This document shows, piece by piece, positions 19,354 to 28,260 of a stretch of 64,000 bases of DNA. Positions within the stretch are counted from its first letter, which is position 1; each line of letters starts with the position of its first letter. The notes below the pieces were generated by a model that worked only from the letters and a program-made list of their open reading frames with translations, made no database searches and had not been told where the DNA came from. Both the position numbers and the translations under genes were made by a program. The stretch comes from Candidatus Thalassarchaeaceae archaeon (lineage in GTDB: Archaea; Thermoplasmatota; Poseidoniia; Poseidoniales; Thalassarchaeaceae): positions 3,074 through 67,073 of the forward strand of contig JASMLH010000006.1 in assembly GCA_030748775.1 (NCBI GenBank). The letters run 5' to 3'.

Positions 19354-20299
19354 TTTGGATATTAGGAGCTTCATTTCCAAGCACTATTCTCACTTCAATG
19401 CAGGGGAGCTGTCAAGGTGTTCAGACTCTCTACGAGAGTTCCTAGATGGTGACGGGAGACTGATGGTTACTCTAGCAGGAGCTATGTCAACAGCGGAAAT
19501 TGGAAAAAGTCTGGCGCCGGCAATCAGGAATCAGCGAATCCACGCAATCTGCTGCACAGGAGCGAACCTAGAGGAGGACTTGTTCGGATTGATTGCTCGT
19601 TCCCAATATGAGAGCATCACAGAATGGAGGCAGCAAAGTGCTGACGATGATGCTTTGCTCGCAGAAAGAGGAATGAATAGGGTCACTGACGTTGCCATTC
19701 CTGAGACTGTAATTCAGGCGGTCGGCAAGAAAGCGCTGGAATTGTGGGAGGAAGCGGAGGCAGTAGGTGACAGTCGCTTCCCTCACGAGTTCTTGTACGA
19801 CCTTGTTCTCCATGGTGAGATGGATTTCTCTAGTAATCCTGAGGATTCGTGGATAATAGCGGCGGCAGACGCCAACCTTCCAATTTTTACTCCGGGATGG
19901 GAGGACTCGACGCTTGGGAACCTACTGGCAGCCAAGGTTCTGGACTGCACCCTGAAGGGCAATGGAATGGTCAGGGGAGGCTTGGATGCGATGCAAGCGT
20001 TGGCCGACTGGTACAGGGAGGACGACTCGCCCACTGGAATGCTACAAGTGGGAGGAGGGATTGCTGGAGACTTCGCTATCTCAGTTGTTCCTATGCTCAG
20101 GCAAGATGCAAACCTGGAAGTTCCGCTATGGGCATGGTTCGCACAAATCAGCGAGTCTCGTCCATCATATGGAGGCTATTCGGGGGCTCCTCCAAACGAG
20201 AAAATTAGTTGGGGTAAAATTGATGCTGGAACTCCTAGCTTCGTTATTGAGTCCGATGCGAGCATAGTGCTTCCTTTGCTTCTGGCTTCCCTAGAATAG
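19346..20299 (+). CDS. Deoxyhypusine-synthase-like protein (bacterial-type; possible homospermidine synthase)
   Basis: HFNA, TLAGAMSTAE, CTGANLEED, NRVTD, PGWEDSTLGN, GGGIAGDF, YSGAPPNEKISWGK, IESDA. Confidence 0.88.
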   Translation: MIDLDIRSFISKHYSHFNAGELSRCSDSLREFLDGDGRLMVTLAGAMSTAEIGKSLAPAIRNQRIHAICCTGANLEEDLFGLIARSQYESITEWRQQSADDDALLAERGMNRVTDVAIPETVIQAVGKKALELWEEAEAVGDSRFPHEFLYDLVLHGEMDFSSNPEDSWIIAAADANLPIFTPGWEDSTLGNLLAAKVLDCTLKGNGMVRGGLDAMQALADWYREDDSPTGMLQVGGGIAGDFAISVVPMLRQDANLEVPLWAWFAQISESRPSYGGYSGAPPNEKISWGKIDAGTPSFVIESDASIVLPLLLASLE

Positions 20300-21532
20300 C
20301 TGGCAATAGTCTTGAACCTGCTCTGAAATCCTAATCAGTTGGTTGTATTTCGCCGTCCTATCGCTTCTAGCCGGTGCTCCTGTTTTGATTTGCTCCGAAT
20401 CCAGGCCTACGGCGAAATCTGAAATAATGTCATCCGAAGTTTCTCCGGATCGATGGCTCATTATCGTTGCAAAACCTGCTTCTTTTGCCATGTTAATTAC
20501 ATTAATTGTCTCCGTGACTGTTCCTATCTGATTCAACTTAATCAGTATTGCATTGGATGCGGCCCGTTGGATTCCGTGTGACAGTCGTTCCGGATTAGTC
20601 ACATACAGATCGTCGCCGACTATTTGCACTCTTGATCCCTCTCTAGAGGTGAATTCGACCCATGATTCCCAGTCATCCTCTCCAAATGGGTCCTCGATAG
20701 AGACTATTGGGAACCGGTCCAACCAATCGGAGTATTTGTTGCCAAGCTCTGAGCCTGTTAGATTCTCCCCATCTATGCTGTACTTTCCATTCCTATAGAA
20801 TTCCTGTGCGGCCACATCCAGAGCTATAGATATCTGTTTCCCCGGTGAGAAGCCGGCCTTCTCGATGGCACGGTGAACAAGTCGCAGCCCTTCCTCATTC
20901 CTTGGGAGATCCGGTGCAAACCCTCCCTCATCGCCGACCCCGCCAAGCATTCCCTCATCGATTAGTAGTACACGTAGAGCATGATATGTCTCAACACCGG
21001 CTCTGAGTCCCTCGATGAATGATGTGAATCCATGAGGTACCACCATGAACTCCTGGACATCGACATTGGAGGATGCATGGGCACCGCCGTTCAGTATGTT
21101 CATCATAGGCACGGGTAAACTGGCATTCTTTTCCGAAGAAATGTGCGCCCAGAGGGGGCCATCTGTTGAAGCCCTCAGGCATGCCATCGAAACACCCAGG
21201 ATGGCATTTGCGCCCAGACGAGATTTGTTGTTGGTTCCGTCAAGTTCGATCATTCTAGAGTCAATTGCTACTTGATCCGATATTTCCATGCCGACGATTG
21301 CATCCCTTATCTCCCCATTGACATTGGACACGGCCTTACTCACACCCTTGCCCATCCAGTGGTTGCCTCCATCTCTGAGTTCGACAGCCTCATGAGAACC
21401 GGTGCTAGCACCAGATGGAACCGCGGCTCGTCCCCGCAATTCACCGTCGACGAAGCAACTGACCTCTACAGTGGGATTGCCACGAGAGTCAAGGATCATT
21501 CTTGCGGAGAGGTCGCTGATAGCGCCACTCAT
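20291..21532 (-). CDS. eno: Enolase
   Basis: ILDSRGNPTVEV, VPSGASTG, NGGAH, VGDEGGF, IEDP, VGDDL, SHRSGET, IKTGAP. Confidence 0.97.
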   Translation of the reverse strand: MSGAISDLSARMILDSRGNPTVEVSCFVDGELRGRAAVPSGASTGSHEAVELRDGGNHWMGKGVSKAVSNVNGEIRDAIVGMEISDQVAIDSRMIELDGTNNKSRLGANAILGVSMACLRASTDGPLWAHISSEKNASLPVPMMNILNGGAHASSNVDVQEFMVVPHGFTSFIEGLRAGVETYHALRVLLIDEGMLGGVGDEGGFAPDLPRNEEGLRLVHRAIEKAGFSPGKQISIALDVAAQEFYRNGKYSIDGENLTGSELGNKYSDWLDRFPIVSIEDPFGEDDWESWVEFTSREGSRVQIVGDDLYVTNPERLSHGIQRAASNAILIKLNQIGTVTETINVINMAKEAGFATIMSHRSGETSDDIISDFAVGLDSEQIKTGAPARSDRTAKYNQLIRISEQVQDYCQLF

Positions 21533-21579
21533 TGGTATTGCGATGTGTGCAATGCTTCTCAAGGTAGCGCAACGCTCAG

Positions 21580-22014
21580 CTATTCGTTTAGCCAAGTTAG
21601 CCAACGAGAAACCTTGCTCTGCACCTCGGGGACCTCGAGCTCTGATCTGCACGAACACTCCCAGCACAACTGTTCCTCGTTTGGAGAAATAGAAAATAGC
21701 TCGGCACGCATAATTACCCCGTCTGCATCCTTCTGATTGGACCTGTTGTCGTCTACGAAACAGTGCAGAAGATTCTTTGGGAAATGGTGTATCCTTCCTG
21801 ACTCCGGGCAGCAAAGCATAGCACTTCGCTTGAGAAATATCAGAGAAGTCCCAGAATCTGGATCTAGCTCATGGCCAACAATGCTTGACCCATTTAGTAG
21901 CGATGCTACATCTACATTGTACCACTGTGAAAAAGAGTGGGGGATGTCCAGCTCCGAAACCTCATCCAAGTACTCTTGAATTGCAAGATGGGAGACCTTC
22001 TCCTCCGAGCTCAT
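21580..22014 (-). CDS. Hypothetical protein
   Basis: 144-aa ORF directly upstream of and co-oriented with eno. Confidence 0.6.
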   Translation of the reverse strand: MSSEEKVSHLAIQEYLDEVSELDIPHSFSQWYNVDVASLLNGSSIVGHELDPDSGTSLIFLKRSAMLCCPESGRIHHFPKNLLHCFVDDNRSNQKDADGVIMRAELFSISPNEEQLCWECSCRSELEVPEVQSKVSRWLTWLNE

Positions 22015-22144
22015 GAGTCGCGAAGGTGGGCCATCCCATTTGAACGCAACCAAATTTGTTGAGTTTGTAATTGGTTGAAAAACGGAAAGAGACCGGTAAA
22101 ATTATCTGGAATTAGCCAAGAAATCTACATAAATTGTTCTTTTT

Positions 22145-22157
22145 TCGGATAATCCGA
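22145..22157. promoter_or_regulatory. 13-bp palindrome TCGGA-TAA-TCCGA, candidate Lrp/FFRP operator
   Basis: Perfect inverted repeat ending on the A of the Lrp ATG, within an AT-rich divergent promoter region. Confidence 0.5.
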
Positions 22158-22579
22158 TGACTAGCGTTGATTCGTTGGATAGAGCAATACTGTCTGTGCT
22201 GAGGGACTCTGCTAGGGCCCCCTACGTAGACATCGCAAAGAGTGTGGGAGTAACTGAAAGGACGGTAAGGACAAGGATGCGCCGTCTGGAGGACGAGGGA
22301 GTAATCAGAGGATACACTGTAAGGGAGGCGGGGATTGGTCTTTCCGCCTTGATTAGACTCAAGGTAGGTCCGGGTACAGAAATAGGAACCCTTGCCGGGG
22401 AGTTCGCGGGTTGGCCTGGTGTAGAATGTGTGTTTGAGATAAGCGGAGATGCGGATTTAGTTGCTGTTGTCCATGTTGATGACACCGTCGCCCTTCGAAA
22501 TATGCTTGACAAAATGTGGCTAGCCGCGCCTGGAGACATCAGTTCTACGCAGACAGAATTGGTCCTAGAGCAGTATTAA
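22157..22579 (+). CDS. Lrp/AsnC family transcriptional regulator
   Basis: DSLDRAIL..DSARAPYVDIAKSVGVTERTVRTRMRRLEDEGVI HTH; RAM domain VFEISGDADL. Confidence 0.92.
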   Translation: MTSVDSLDRAILSVLRDSARAPYVDIAKSVGVTERTVRTRMRRLEDEGVIRGYTVREAGIGLSALIRLKVGPGTEIGTLAGEFAGWPGVECVFEISGDADLVAVVHVDDTVALRNMLDKMWLAAPGDISSTQTELVLEQY

Positions 22580-23421
22580 CTTCGGGAACTTGTCAAGCGG
22601 TACCTGAAGTAGCTGATGCGTCCTGACTTCAATGCCTCATAGATCGGAGTGCCCGGCACTCCTCCGAATGTTTCGAAGCTCTTCCTAAGTGAGGCTGGCG
22701 CTCTGTCTCGAATCATTTTCCTCCTGTCTCGATCAATCTTGTCCAAAGCAGAAACCACGTTCTCCGTAATCTCACTGTTGGAGTCGATTTCGAAGCCCGC
22801 CTCTAGAAACTGCTCGTGCAGACTATCCATGGATTTTCGGTCTCGAAGATCTGTCCAGCAGAATTTCCCCCCTGGTTTTAGGACGCGGTGAACCTCACTT
22901 AGAAACGCTGGAATATTTGCATAGCAGTGAGATGATTCGACATTGTAGACTACGTCGAATGTATTCGATTCGAGAGGAAGGCTCTCTGCATTGCCCTCCC
23001 GGAAAGTCAGGTTCTTCTGGTTCGAGTACCACTTAGAGCATAGCCTTACGGCCTTACCTGAGTAATCAACGGCTACTAGTGTCTCGGGATGCATGGTCTT
23101 TGCTATCCAACTTGCCCCTCCACCTCTTCCAGAACCGACCTCCAGTACACTCTTTCCTTGTAATTCGGTGTCTCTGACATTCATGTTGTACAGCTGGATA
23201 AACAGACGGTTTGGTTCGTCCCCCTCCTTCAGCAGAGGGCGGTCGTCATCCTCAAACCCATAATTCATGAATCTGAAGTCGGAGTCTGTCTGCGAATTGG
23301 CCATCCTCTGGTAGAGCCCCTTCCACATTCGGCTGCGGATTTTCGGAGGTACTATTCGCATTATTACGTAGAAGAGCCTTGCAGGAATGCCCATCGCCAA
23401 GCTAGCACCTACGCCTTCCAT
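22576..23421 (-). CDS. Class I SAM-dependent methyltransferase (resembles lipid O-methyltransferases of the Rv2952 type)
   Basis: FMNYGF, VLEVGSGRGGG, GNAESLP, FDVVYNVESSHCY, RVLKPGG; start may be 23394. Confidence 0.82.
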   Translation of the reverse strand: MEGVGASLAMGIPARLFYVIMRIVPPKIRSRMWKGLYQRMANSQTDSDFRFMNYGFEDDDRPLLKEGDEPNRLFIQLYNMNVRDTELQGKSVLEVGSGRGGGASWIAKTMHPETLVAVDYSGKAVRLCSKWYSNQKNLTFREGNAESLPLESNTFDVVYNVESSHCYANIPAFLSEVHRVLKPGGKFCWTDLRDRKSMDSLHEQFLEAGFEIDSNSEITENVVSALDKIDRDRRKMIRDRAPASLRKSFETFGGVPGTPIYEALKSGRISYFRYRLTSSRS

Positions 23422-23963
23422 TTTACTGAGCAGCCGATGCTTTCAGTTCTTGGGACCGAGATTGAATCGCCTGAGATCATTTGTGCTATGGCATCTGTTA
23501 ACTCCGACGTGGTGGCGTGTGATGGATCTCTGGGGGAGTCATCCAACCTCCCTCGGTAAACTACTTCCAAATCTGTGTCAATCAGATAGAATTCAGGTGT
23601 CCTCTCTGCCCCGTAAGAAATTGCCACTTCTTGGGTGGGGTCGTGCAGATATGGATATGACATCCCTCTGGAAGCTCTCTTGACCATGTTGTCCCATGAG
23701 TCGGACTCGTACATCACTGGGTCGTTTGAGTTGATGCCGGCAAACCCCAAACCTTCTGAAATAGCAATATTTGCTGCACTCTCTATCCGTGGCTCTGAGC
23801 CTACAACGTAGGGACAGTGGTTGCAGGTGAAGAAGACTACGGCTCCGTTCTCGCCCATGACCTCTGCAAGAGACATTGTGGGCTGCCCAGAATTGGGATT
23901 TGCGTTCGGCAACTGAAAGTCCGGGGCCTTGGTTCCTGGTTCCACATTATTATGGGAATTCAT
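23409..23963 (-). CDS. Thioredoxin-like / AhpC-TSA family protein
   Basis: APDFQLP, CNHCPYV, INSND, YPYLHD..YGAERTPEFY, YRGRLDD, SIGCSVKW. Confidence 0.88.
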   Translation of the reverse strand: MNSHNNVEPGTKAPDFQLPNANPNSGQPTMSLAEVMGENGAVVFFTCNHCPYVVGSEPRIESAANIAISEGLGFAGINSNDPVMYESDSWDNMVKRASRGMSYPYLHDPTQEVAISYGAERTPEFYLIDTDLEVVYRGRLDDSPRDPSHATTSELTDAIAQMISGDSISVPRTESIGCSVKWKA

Positions 23964-23988
23964 GTTACCCGGGCTGTGCTTAGCCTGT

Positions 23989-26283
23989 TCAATCCTTTGG
24001 AAGGGCCTGCTCTCCTCTTACAGAAACCTGGCCCTTGCATTCAGACAAACGCCTCCTAGCCAGTCTGTGCTGTGGATCGATGTCCAATACCTGCCTCCAC
24101 GCCACTGCTGCCTTATTGGAGTCGTCACCCTCATGCAATATTGCTGCAATTCTTAGTTTAGCGTCTATGTGGTGTGGGTCCGCCTTCGCCGCTCCCTGGA
24201 AGTCGGACATTGCCTCATCCATTCTTCCAAAGTCGAGATAGAGAAGGCCCCTTTGATACCATGCCTCTGAGAGATTTGGACTGGATTCAATGGCCTTATT
24301 CAACGGACCTTCTGCCTGTTCAGACTTGCCCATGGCAATCATGCACGTTCCAAGGTGGACCAAAGCCATCGGGTGTTCCGGTCTGAGGCTCAACAGTGAC
24401 CTTAACTCGCTCTCGGCCTCTTGCCAGTCACTATGGTTCATCAGAATCTCAGACCTTCTGAGTCTAGCCATCTCGTGGTTAGGTCGTGACTCGACGAGGT
24501 GGTTCGCATCATCCAGGGCCATCGCTAGGTCCCCGCACAATAGAGCCGCTGAGCATCTGTTCAGCCTCGCTCTGACATGATCGGGGTCTGCTTGCAATGT
24601 TGTGGAGAATAGGTCTCTGGCTTCTTCTAGCCTTCCCAGTCTGGCTGCAATTATTCCCCGTATGAAAGGTACTGTTGGATTGTTCTTCAGAACTGTAGTG
24701 GCTTCTAGGGCGAGGGCGTTTGCCTGCTCAAGGTCACCTACATCTAGGCTCAGTTGTGCCTCCTCCAGCGGTATTGATGGGTGGCTGGGAATTAATCTCC
24801 TAGCCCTAACAAGTGCTACTTCAGACTCGTCGAATGTGCCCTGATACCTCAGTGCGCGTGCCCGACCTAGCCAAGCGAGGCCCGCTTCCCTGTCAATCTC
24901 GATAGATTTGTCGAATGACACTAGGGCATCTATTATCGACATCTGATCGTGATTGCCGGTCTCGTCCCTGTTATCGTCGGAATCTACCAGATGTAGCCTG
25001 CCCTTCATGATATGCAAAGCTGCACTGTTCCAAGACTCCTCGGGGGCGTCTTCGAGAGTCTCTCTTGATGATACTAAAGCACCCTTCCTGAGCCAGAGTA
25101 GGCTTAGTCTGCCTCTAGCTTCTGCGTCAGCGGGGCTTCCCTCGAGATGCTCCTGTAATACTTCTATTGCTGCGTCAGACCTTCCATCGTTATCCAGAAT
25201 CTCAGATTCTAGCATCACGGTATGCTCTCCAAGCGCGTTTGCCCTTCGAATGCACCTGATTGCTTCCTTGGTGTTATCGTTTCCAGCAGAAAGCAACCTA
25301 GATTTCAGAAGCCAGGCTTGTCCGTTACTCTTGTCTGCCTCCAAAGCCATTTCAACTGACTCTAAGGCCACTCGGACCTCTCCGAGCATTAGTTGCTTTG
25401 AGGCCCTCTCCACAAGGCTAGAAGAGCTCTCCTGGATGCTGCTTCCGAGGGGGATTCCCTTGTCAGCTTCTCTAGCTCTTTGGGCAATCTCAGACAGCTC
25501 TGACTCGGCCTCCGAGACTGTAGGGTCCTCTCCGAGAGCTTCGAGTCGCTTGCGGTTCCTAGAAACCCTTGAGTAATCTTCTCCAGCAAGTAGTATAGTT
25601 TGTTCTTTCAGGATGGCAACATCGTCTGGAGCGATTGCAAGAAGGCGCTCAAGGGTTCTGTCGAGAGCGTCTAGCTCCCCCTTTTGCCTCTGTATCTCTG
25701 ATAGTGATCTGAGAGCAGATTCGTCTTCAGGGTCTAGCTCATTGGCCCTCTGGAAACAGTCTGATGCCCAATCAGACCTTTCCGTAGAGTGGAACAGCTC
25801 CCCTAGGCGTCTGTGCTCATCTGCAGATAGTTCGATGTCTTCGGCCTTCATCTCGGCTTCCGTGAGCATTGCCCCTAGTCTCTTAGTCAGGGGACTCAGG
25901 CCTGGGACATTTGGACGGTTTTCATCTCTAGAACTGGGATAATGTTTGAGGATAGCCTTACTGGCATGGCTAGCAATCGCACAAGACTCGCTGTTGCTAA
26001 CAGGTATGCCTTGGTTGAACAACAATGTCTCTGCCGATTCAAGGGCCTGATGGGCTCCTAGTAGCCCATGTACTTCAGGAGAGTCAGAGAGAATCGTGTC
26101 TACACCACGAGAAAGCAAGTCCAACCGTTGTGAAGTGTCATTCAGATTACCCTTTACTGAGCCTAATTTGTTTAGCATCCTCTCTCTCTGCGAGAGTACC
26201 GACCTATGTTTGAGCCATAGTACGAACAATGCTATCGATAGCACCCCATAGAGAGTGAGGATTGCCATGGTTGTCTCTTGCAT
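23989..26283 (-). CDS. Membrane-anchored TPR-repeat protein
   Basis: N-terminal TM, coiled coil, many TPR units (AWLGRARAL, AWYQRGLLY..A..DP). Confidence 0.82.
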   Translation of the reverse strand: MQETTMAILTLYGVLSIALFVLWLKHRSVLSQRERMLNKLGSVKGNLNDTSQRLDLLSRGVDTILSDSPEVHGLLGAHQALESAETLLFNQGIPVSNSESCAIASHASKAILKHYPSSRDENRPNVPGLSPLTKRLGAMLTEAEMKAEDIELSADEHRRLGELFHSTERSDWASDCFQRANELDPEDESALRSLSEIQRQKGELDALDRTLERLLAIAPDDVAILKEQTILLAGEDYSRVSRNRKRLEALGEDPTVSEAESELSEIAQRAREADKGIPLGSSIQESSSSLVERASKQLMLGEVRVALESVEMALEADKSNGQAWLLKSRLLSAGNDNTKEAIRCIRRANALGEHTVMLESEILDNDGRSDAAIEVLQEHLEGSPADAEARGRLSLLWLRKGALVSSRETLEDAPEESWNSAALHIMKGRLHLVDSDDNRDETGNHDQMSIIDALVSFDKSIEIDREAGLAWLGRARALRYQGTFDESEVALVRARRLIPSHPSIPLEEAQLSLDVGDLEQANALALEATTVLKNNPTVPFIRGIIAARLGRLEEARDLFSTTLQADPDHVRARLNRCSAALLCGDLAMALDDANHLVESRPNHEMARLRRSEILMNHSDWQEAESELRSLLSLRPEHPMALVHLGTCMIAMGKSEQAEGPLNKAIESSPNLSEAWYQRGLLYLDFGRMDEAMSDFQGAAKADPHHIDAKLRIAAILHEGDDSNKAAVAWRQVLDIDPQHRLARRRLSECKGQVSVRGEQALPKD

Positions 26284-26390
26284 CGGCTCCAGCGGGCATG
26301 AGAGACTTTTGATGGCTTCTGCTGAGCACCACTAGTAGGTGGCCATTATTGGCAGGGCTATGCCCTGCCAGAAAGGCAGTCAAAAATTGA

Positions 26391-27560
26391 CTATTCCAAG
26401 TCTCTAATCGAGTATGCCTGTACACCCAGTTTTAGCGATTGGGGGCCTACTGTCTTACCCACAACGTTACTGATTCCAGCACCCGAGGCCAACTCGTAGA
26501 TCCTATCCGAGACCTTTCCGGAGAAGACCAATCCTTGCGCCCCCTCGGTTTCGCCCAGTTTGGATTCAAGGTCTTTGGGACTCAATGGCTTTGATCCGGA
26601 GCCGTCTTCGAGGACGATGACCGTCTGGTTTCTCTTCAATCCATCCATCAATGGTGCCCAATCCCTGACGGCGTCCGGTGCTTCGAGGGAGGGCTTGCCC
26701 TTACCCACAGATGCATCATCATCCTTCTGGACCTGGGTCTGAATCCGAGCCACGGCTTTTGATGCAGGCTCCTTCTGACCAAGGCACTTCGTAACCACTT
26801 TGCCCTCTAGGTGCTCGACCTCGCGGCTCTGTGGGGCGAATGCAACATGGGTCAGAGACTTGCCCAAAGTTCCGCTAATCTCCAGAAGCAGAAGCTTTCC
26901 GCCCCTGTCTCCATCCAAGAACGCAGTAACGGTCTTCTTCTTTGAAGCCAATTCTGCTAATTGTGGCTTTATTCCCGAGCCCATGGTGGCAATTGCGTTA
27001 TTGATACCATATTTCAGCAAGTTTCGAACATCGTTCCTTCCTTCAACGATAATAATTGCATCGGACTCCCTTACATTGGGTCCCGCGGTCATCTCCTCGT
27101 AGTCGATCTCTGTGCCCAGAGTGAGCACCGATCTGACCTCATCCAGGATGTTCTTCGACTCTCCCGATGCAGAGCTAACTATTCCAAGAAGTAGTTCCTT
27201 GGCTCGATCTATTACCGTGTCTCTCTTTGCAGAGCGAACGTTCTCAATCTCCTTGACTTTGATCGATGCCTTGCATGGCCCGATTCTGTCTATCGTCTCA
27301 AGAGCAGCTCCGATTACGGCGGTTTGCACTTGATCGAGCGATGAAGAGACCTCTATCTGCCCTTGTACCCGGCCCTTGTTGTTGTTTAGGTTGACATCGA
27401 CGTGGCCGATGCGTCCGGTCCTTTGCAGCTTTCTAAGTTGCAACCCTTCTCCTAGCAGGCCCTCGGTTTGACCGAATATTGCTCCCACTACGTCTTTTCT
27501 TGCGACGGTCCCATCGACTCGAATTGTTGCGTGTATGACATATTTTCCTTCTGTTGACAT
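26391..27560 (-). CDS. dnaG: Archaeal DnaG (TOPRIM; exosome-associated primase-like protein)
   Basis: KYVI..DVVGAIFGQTEGLLG..LQRTGRIG, ETIDRIGPC, VEGRNDV, FLDGDRGG, REVE; ATG 27560 after AGGAG. Confidence 0.93.
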   Translation of the reverse strand: MSTEGKYVIHATIRVDGTVARKDVVGAIFGQTEGLLGEGLQLRKLQRTGRIGHVDVNLNNNKGRVQGQIEVSSSLDQVQTAVIGAALETIDRIGPCKASIKVKEIENVRSAKRDTVIDRAKELLLGIVSSASGESKNILDEVRSVLTLGTEIDYEEMTAGPNVRESDAIIIVEGRNDVRNLLKYGINNAIATMGSGIKPQLAELASKKKTVTAFLDGDRGGKLLLLEISGTLGKSLTHVAFAPQSREVEHLEGKVVTKCLGQKEPASKAVARIQTQVQKDDDASVGKGKPSLEAPDAVRDWAPLMDGLKRNQTVIVLEDGSGSKPLSPKDLESKLGETEGAQGLVFSGKVSDRIYELASGAGISNVVGKTVGPQSLKLGVQAYSIRDLE

Positions 27561-27584
27561 ATTTTCATTTCTCCTTTGCCTCTC

Positions 27585-27716
27585 GGCCCCAAAACGGGGC
27601 CTTGCCCCCTTTTTTCGCCATTTTGGCGGGGGGGTTCGGATGGGCGCAGGGCGCCCGCGAGTAGGGCTGATTAGCAGTCCTCGGGAGATAGGGGGATTCA
27701 TGAAGGCTCCTATCCC
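27585..27716. other. Cluster of five GC-rich hairpins in the dnaG upstream region (candidate structured leader/ncRNA)
   Basis: Stems at 27585-27601, 27605-27634, 27642-27656, 27663-27681, 27687-27714. Confidence 0.55.
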
Positions 27717-27779
27717 ATTATTGCTGAGTTCTTTGCTCCCTATACCCATGCTTAAGTCATAAGGCCGGTATCGAGATGC

Positions 27780-28256
27780 GTGAGTGATGCGGAGTCAGAT
27801 CGGCGCAGGGTTTTCTGGAATGCTGCGAGGTTAGCACTGCGTGACGGGCAACTGTCAAACGGAGAAAAGAGGATTCTGGTGAAGCTGGCTCATGCTTTGA
27901 GACTGGACGATGACGAGCCGAAGATGATCTACGACTCTATCATCGAAGGGCGCGAACCGGATGAGGGTGGTGTTCTGGATCACTGGGAAATGAGAATAGT
28001 GTACGGACAGGTGCTCGAGGCTATGCTGATTCACACCGACAGGTCAGATGACGTGCTCGCCCAGATTGCGTATCTGCGAAGGATGTTCGGAATCGATGGG
28101 GATGAACACAGAGCAATAGCAAGAAGTCTAGACAGGCAACTCGAGGAGATAGTGCATAGGCCATTCATAGACGAGTTCAGGGTTCGCCTGAAAGACTCGG
28201 TTGAGAGGATGGGGGAGATTTTCGAAAACGTCAAGATTATCTCCAGGAAAGAGTAG
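27780..28256 (+). CDS. Hypothetical protein, TerB-like helical domains
   Basis: ALRDGQLSNGEKRILVKLAHALRL and a second degenerate repeat ..IAYLRRMFGI. Confidence 0.55.
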   Translation: MSDAESDRRRVFWNAARLALRDGQLSNGEKRILVKLAHALRLDDDEPKMIYDSIIEGREPDEGGVLDHWEMRIVYGQVLEAMLIHTDRSDDVLAQIAYLRRMFGIDGDEHRAIARSLDRQLEEIVHRPFIDEFRVRLKDSVERMGEIFENVKIISRKE

Positions 28257-28260
28257 GAAT

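Noticed and set aside
21533-21814. N-terminal extension of enolase
   Set aside because: Overlaps the upstream hypothetical gene; enolase homology starts at 21532.
27561-27749. 63-aa N-terminal extension of DnaG in the ORF track
   Set aside because: Family homology starts at MSTEGKY with a good AGGAG RBS; the extension is Pro/Arg-rich read-through of the GC hairpins.
27561-27779. RNase P RNA or SRP RNA
   Set aside because: No GAGGAAAGUCC-type P4 consensus or SRP helix-8 motif seen, and the region is short.
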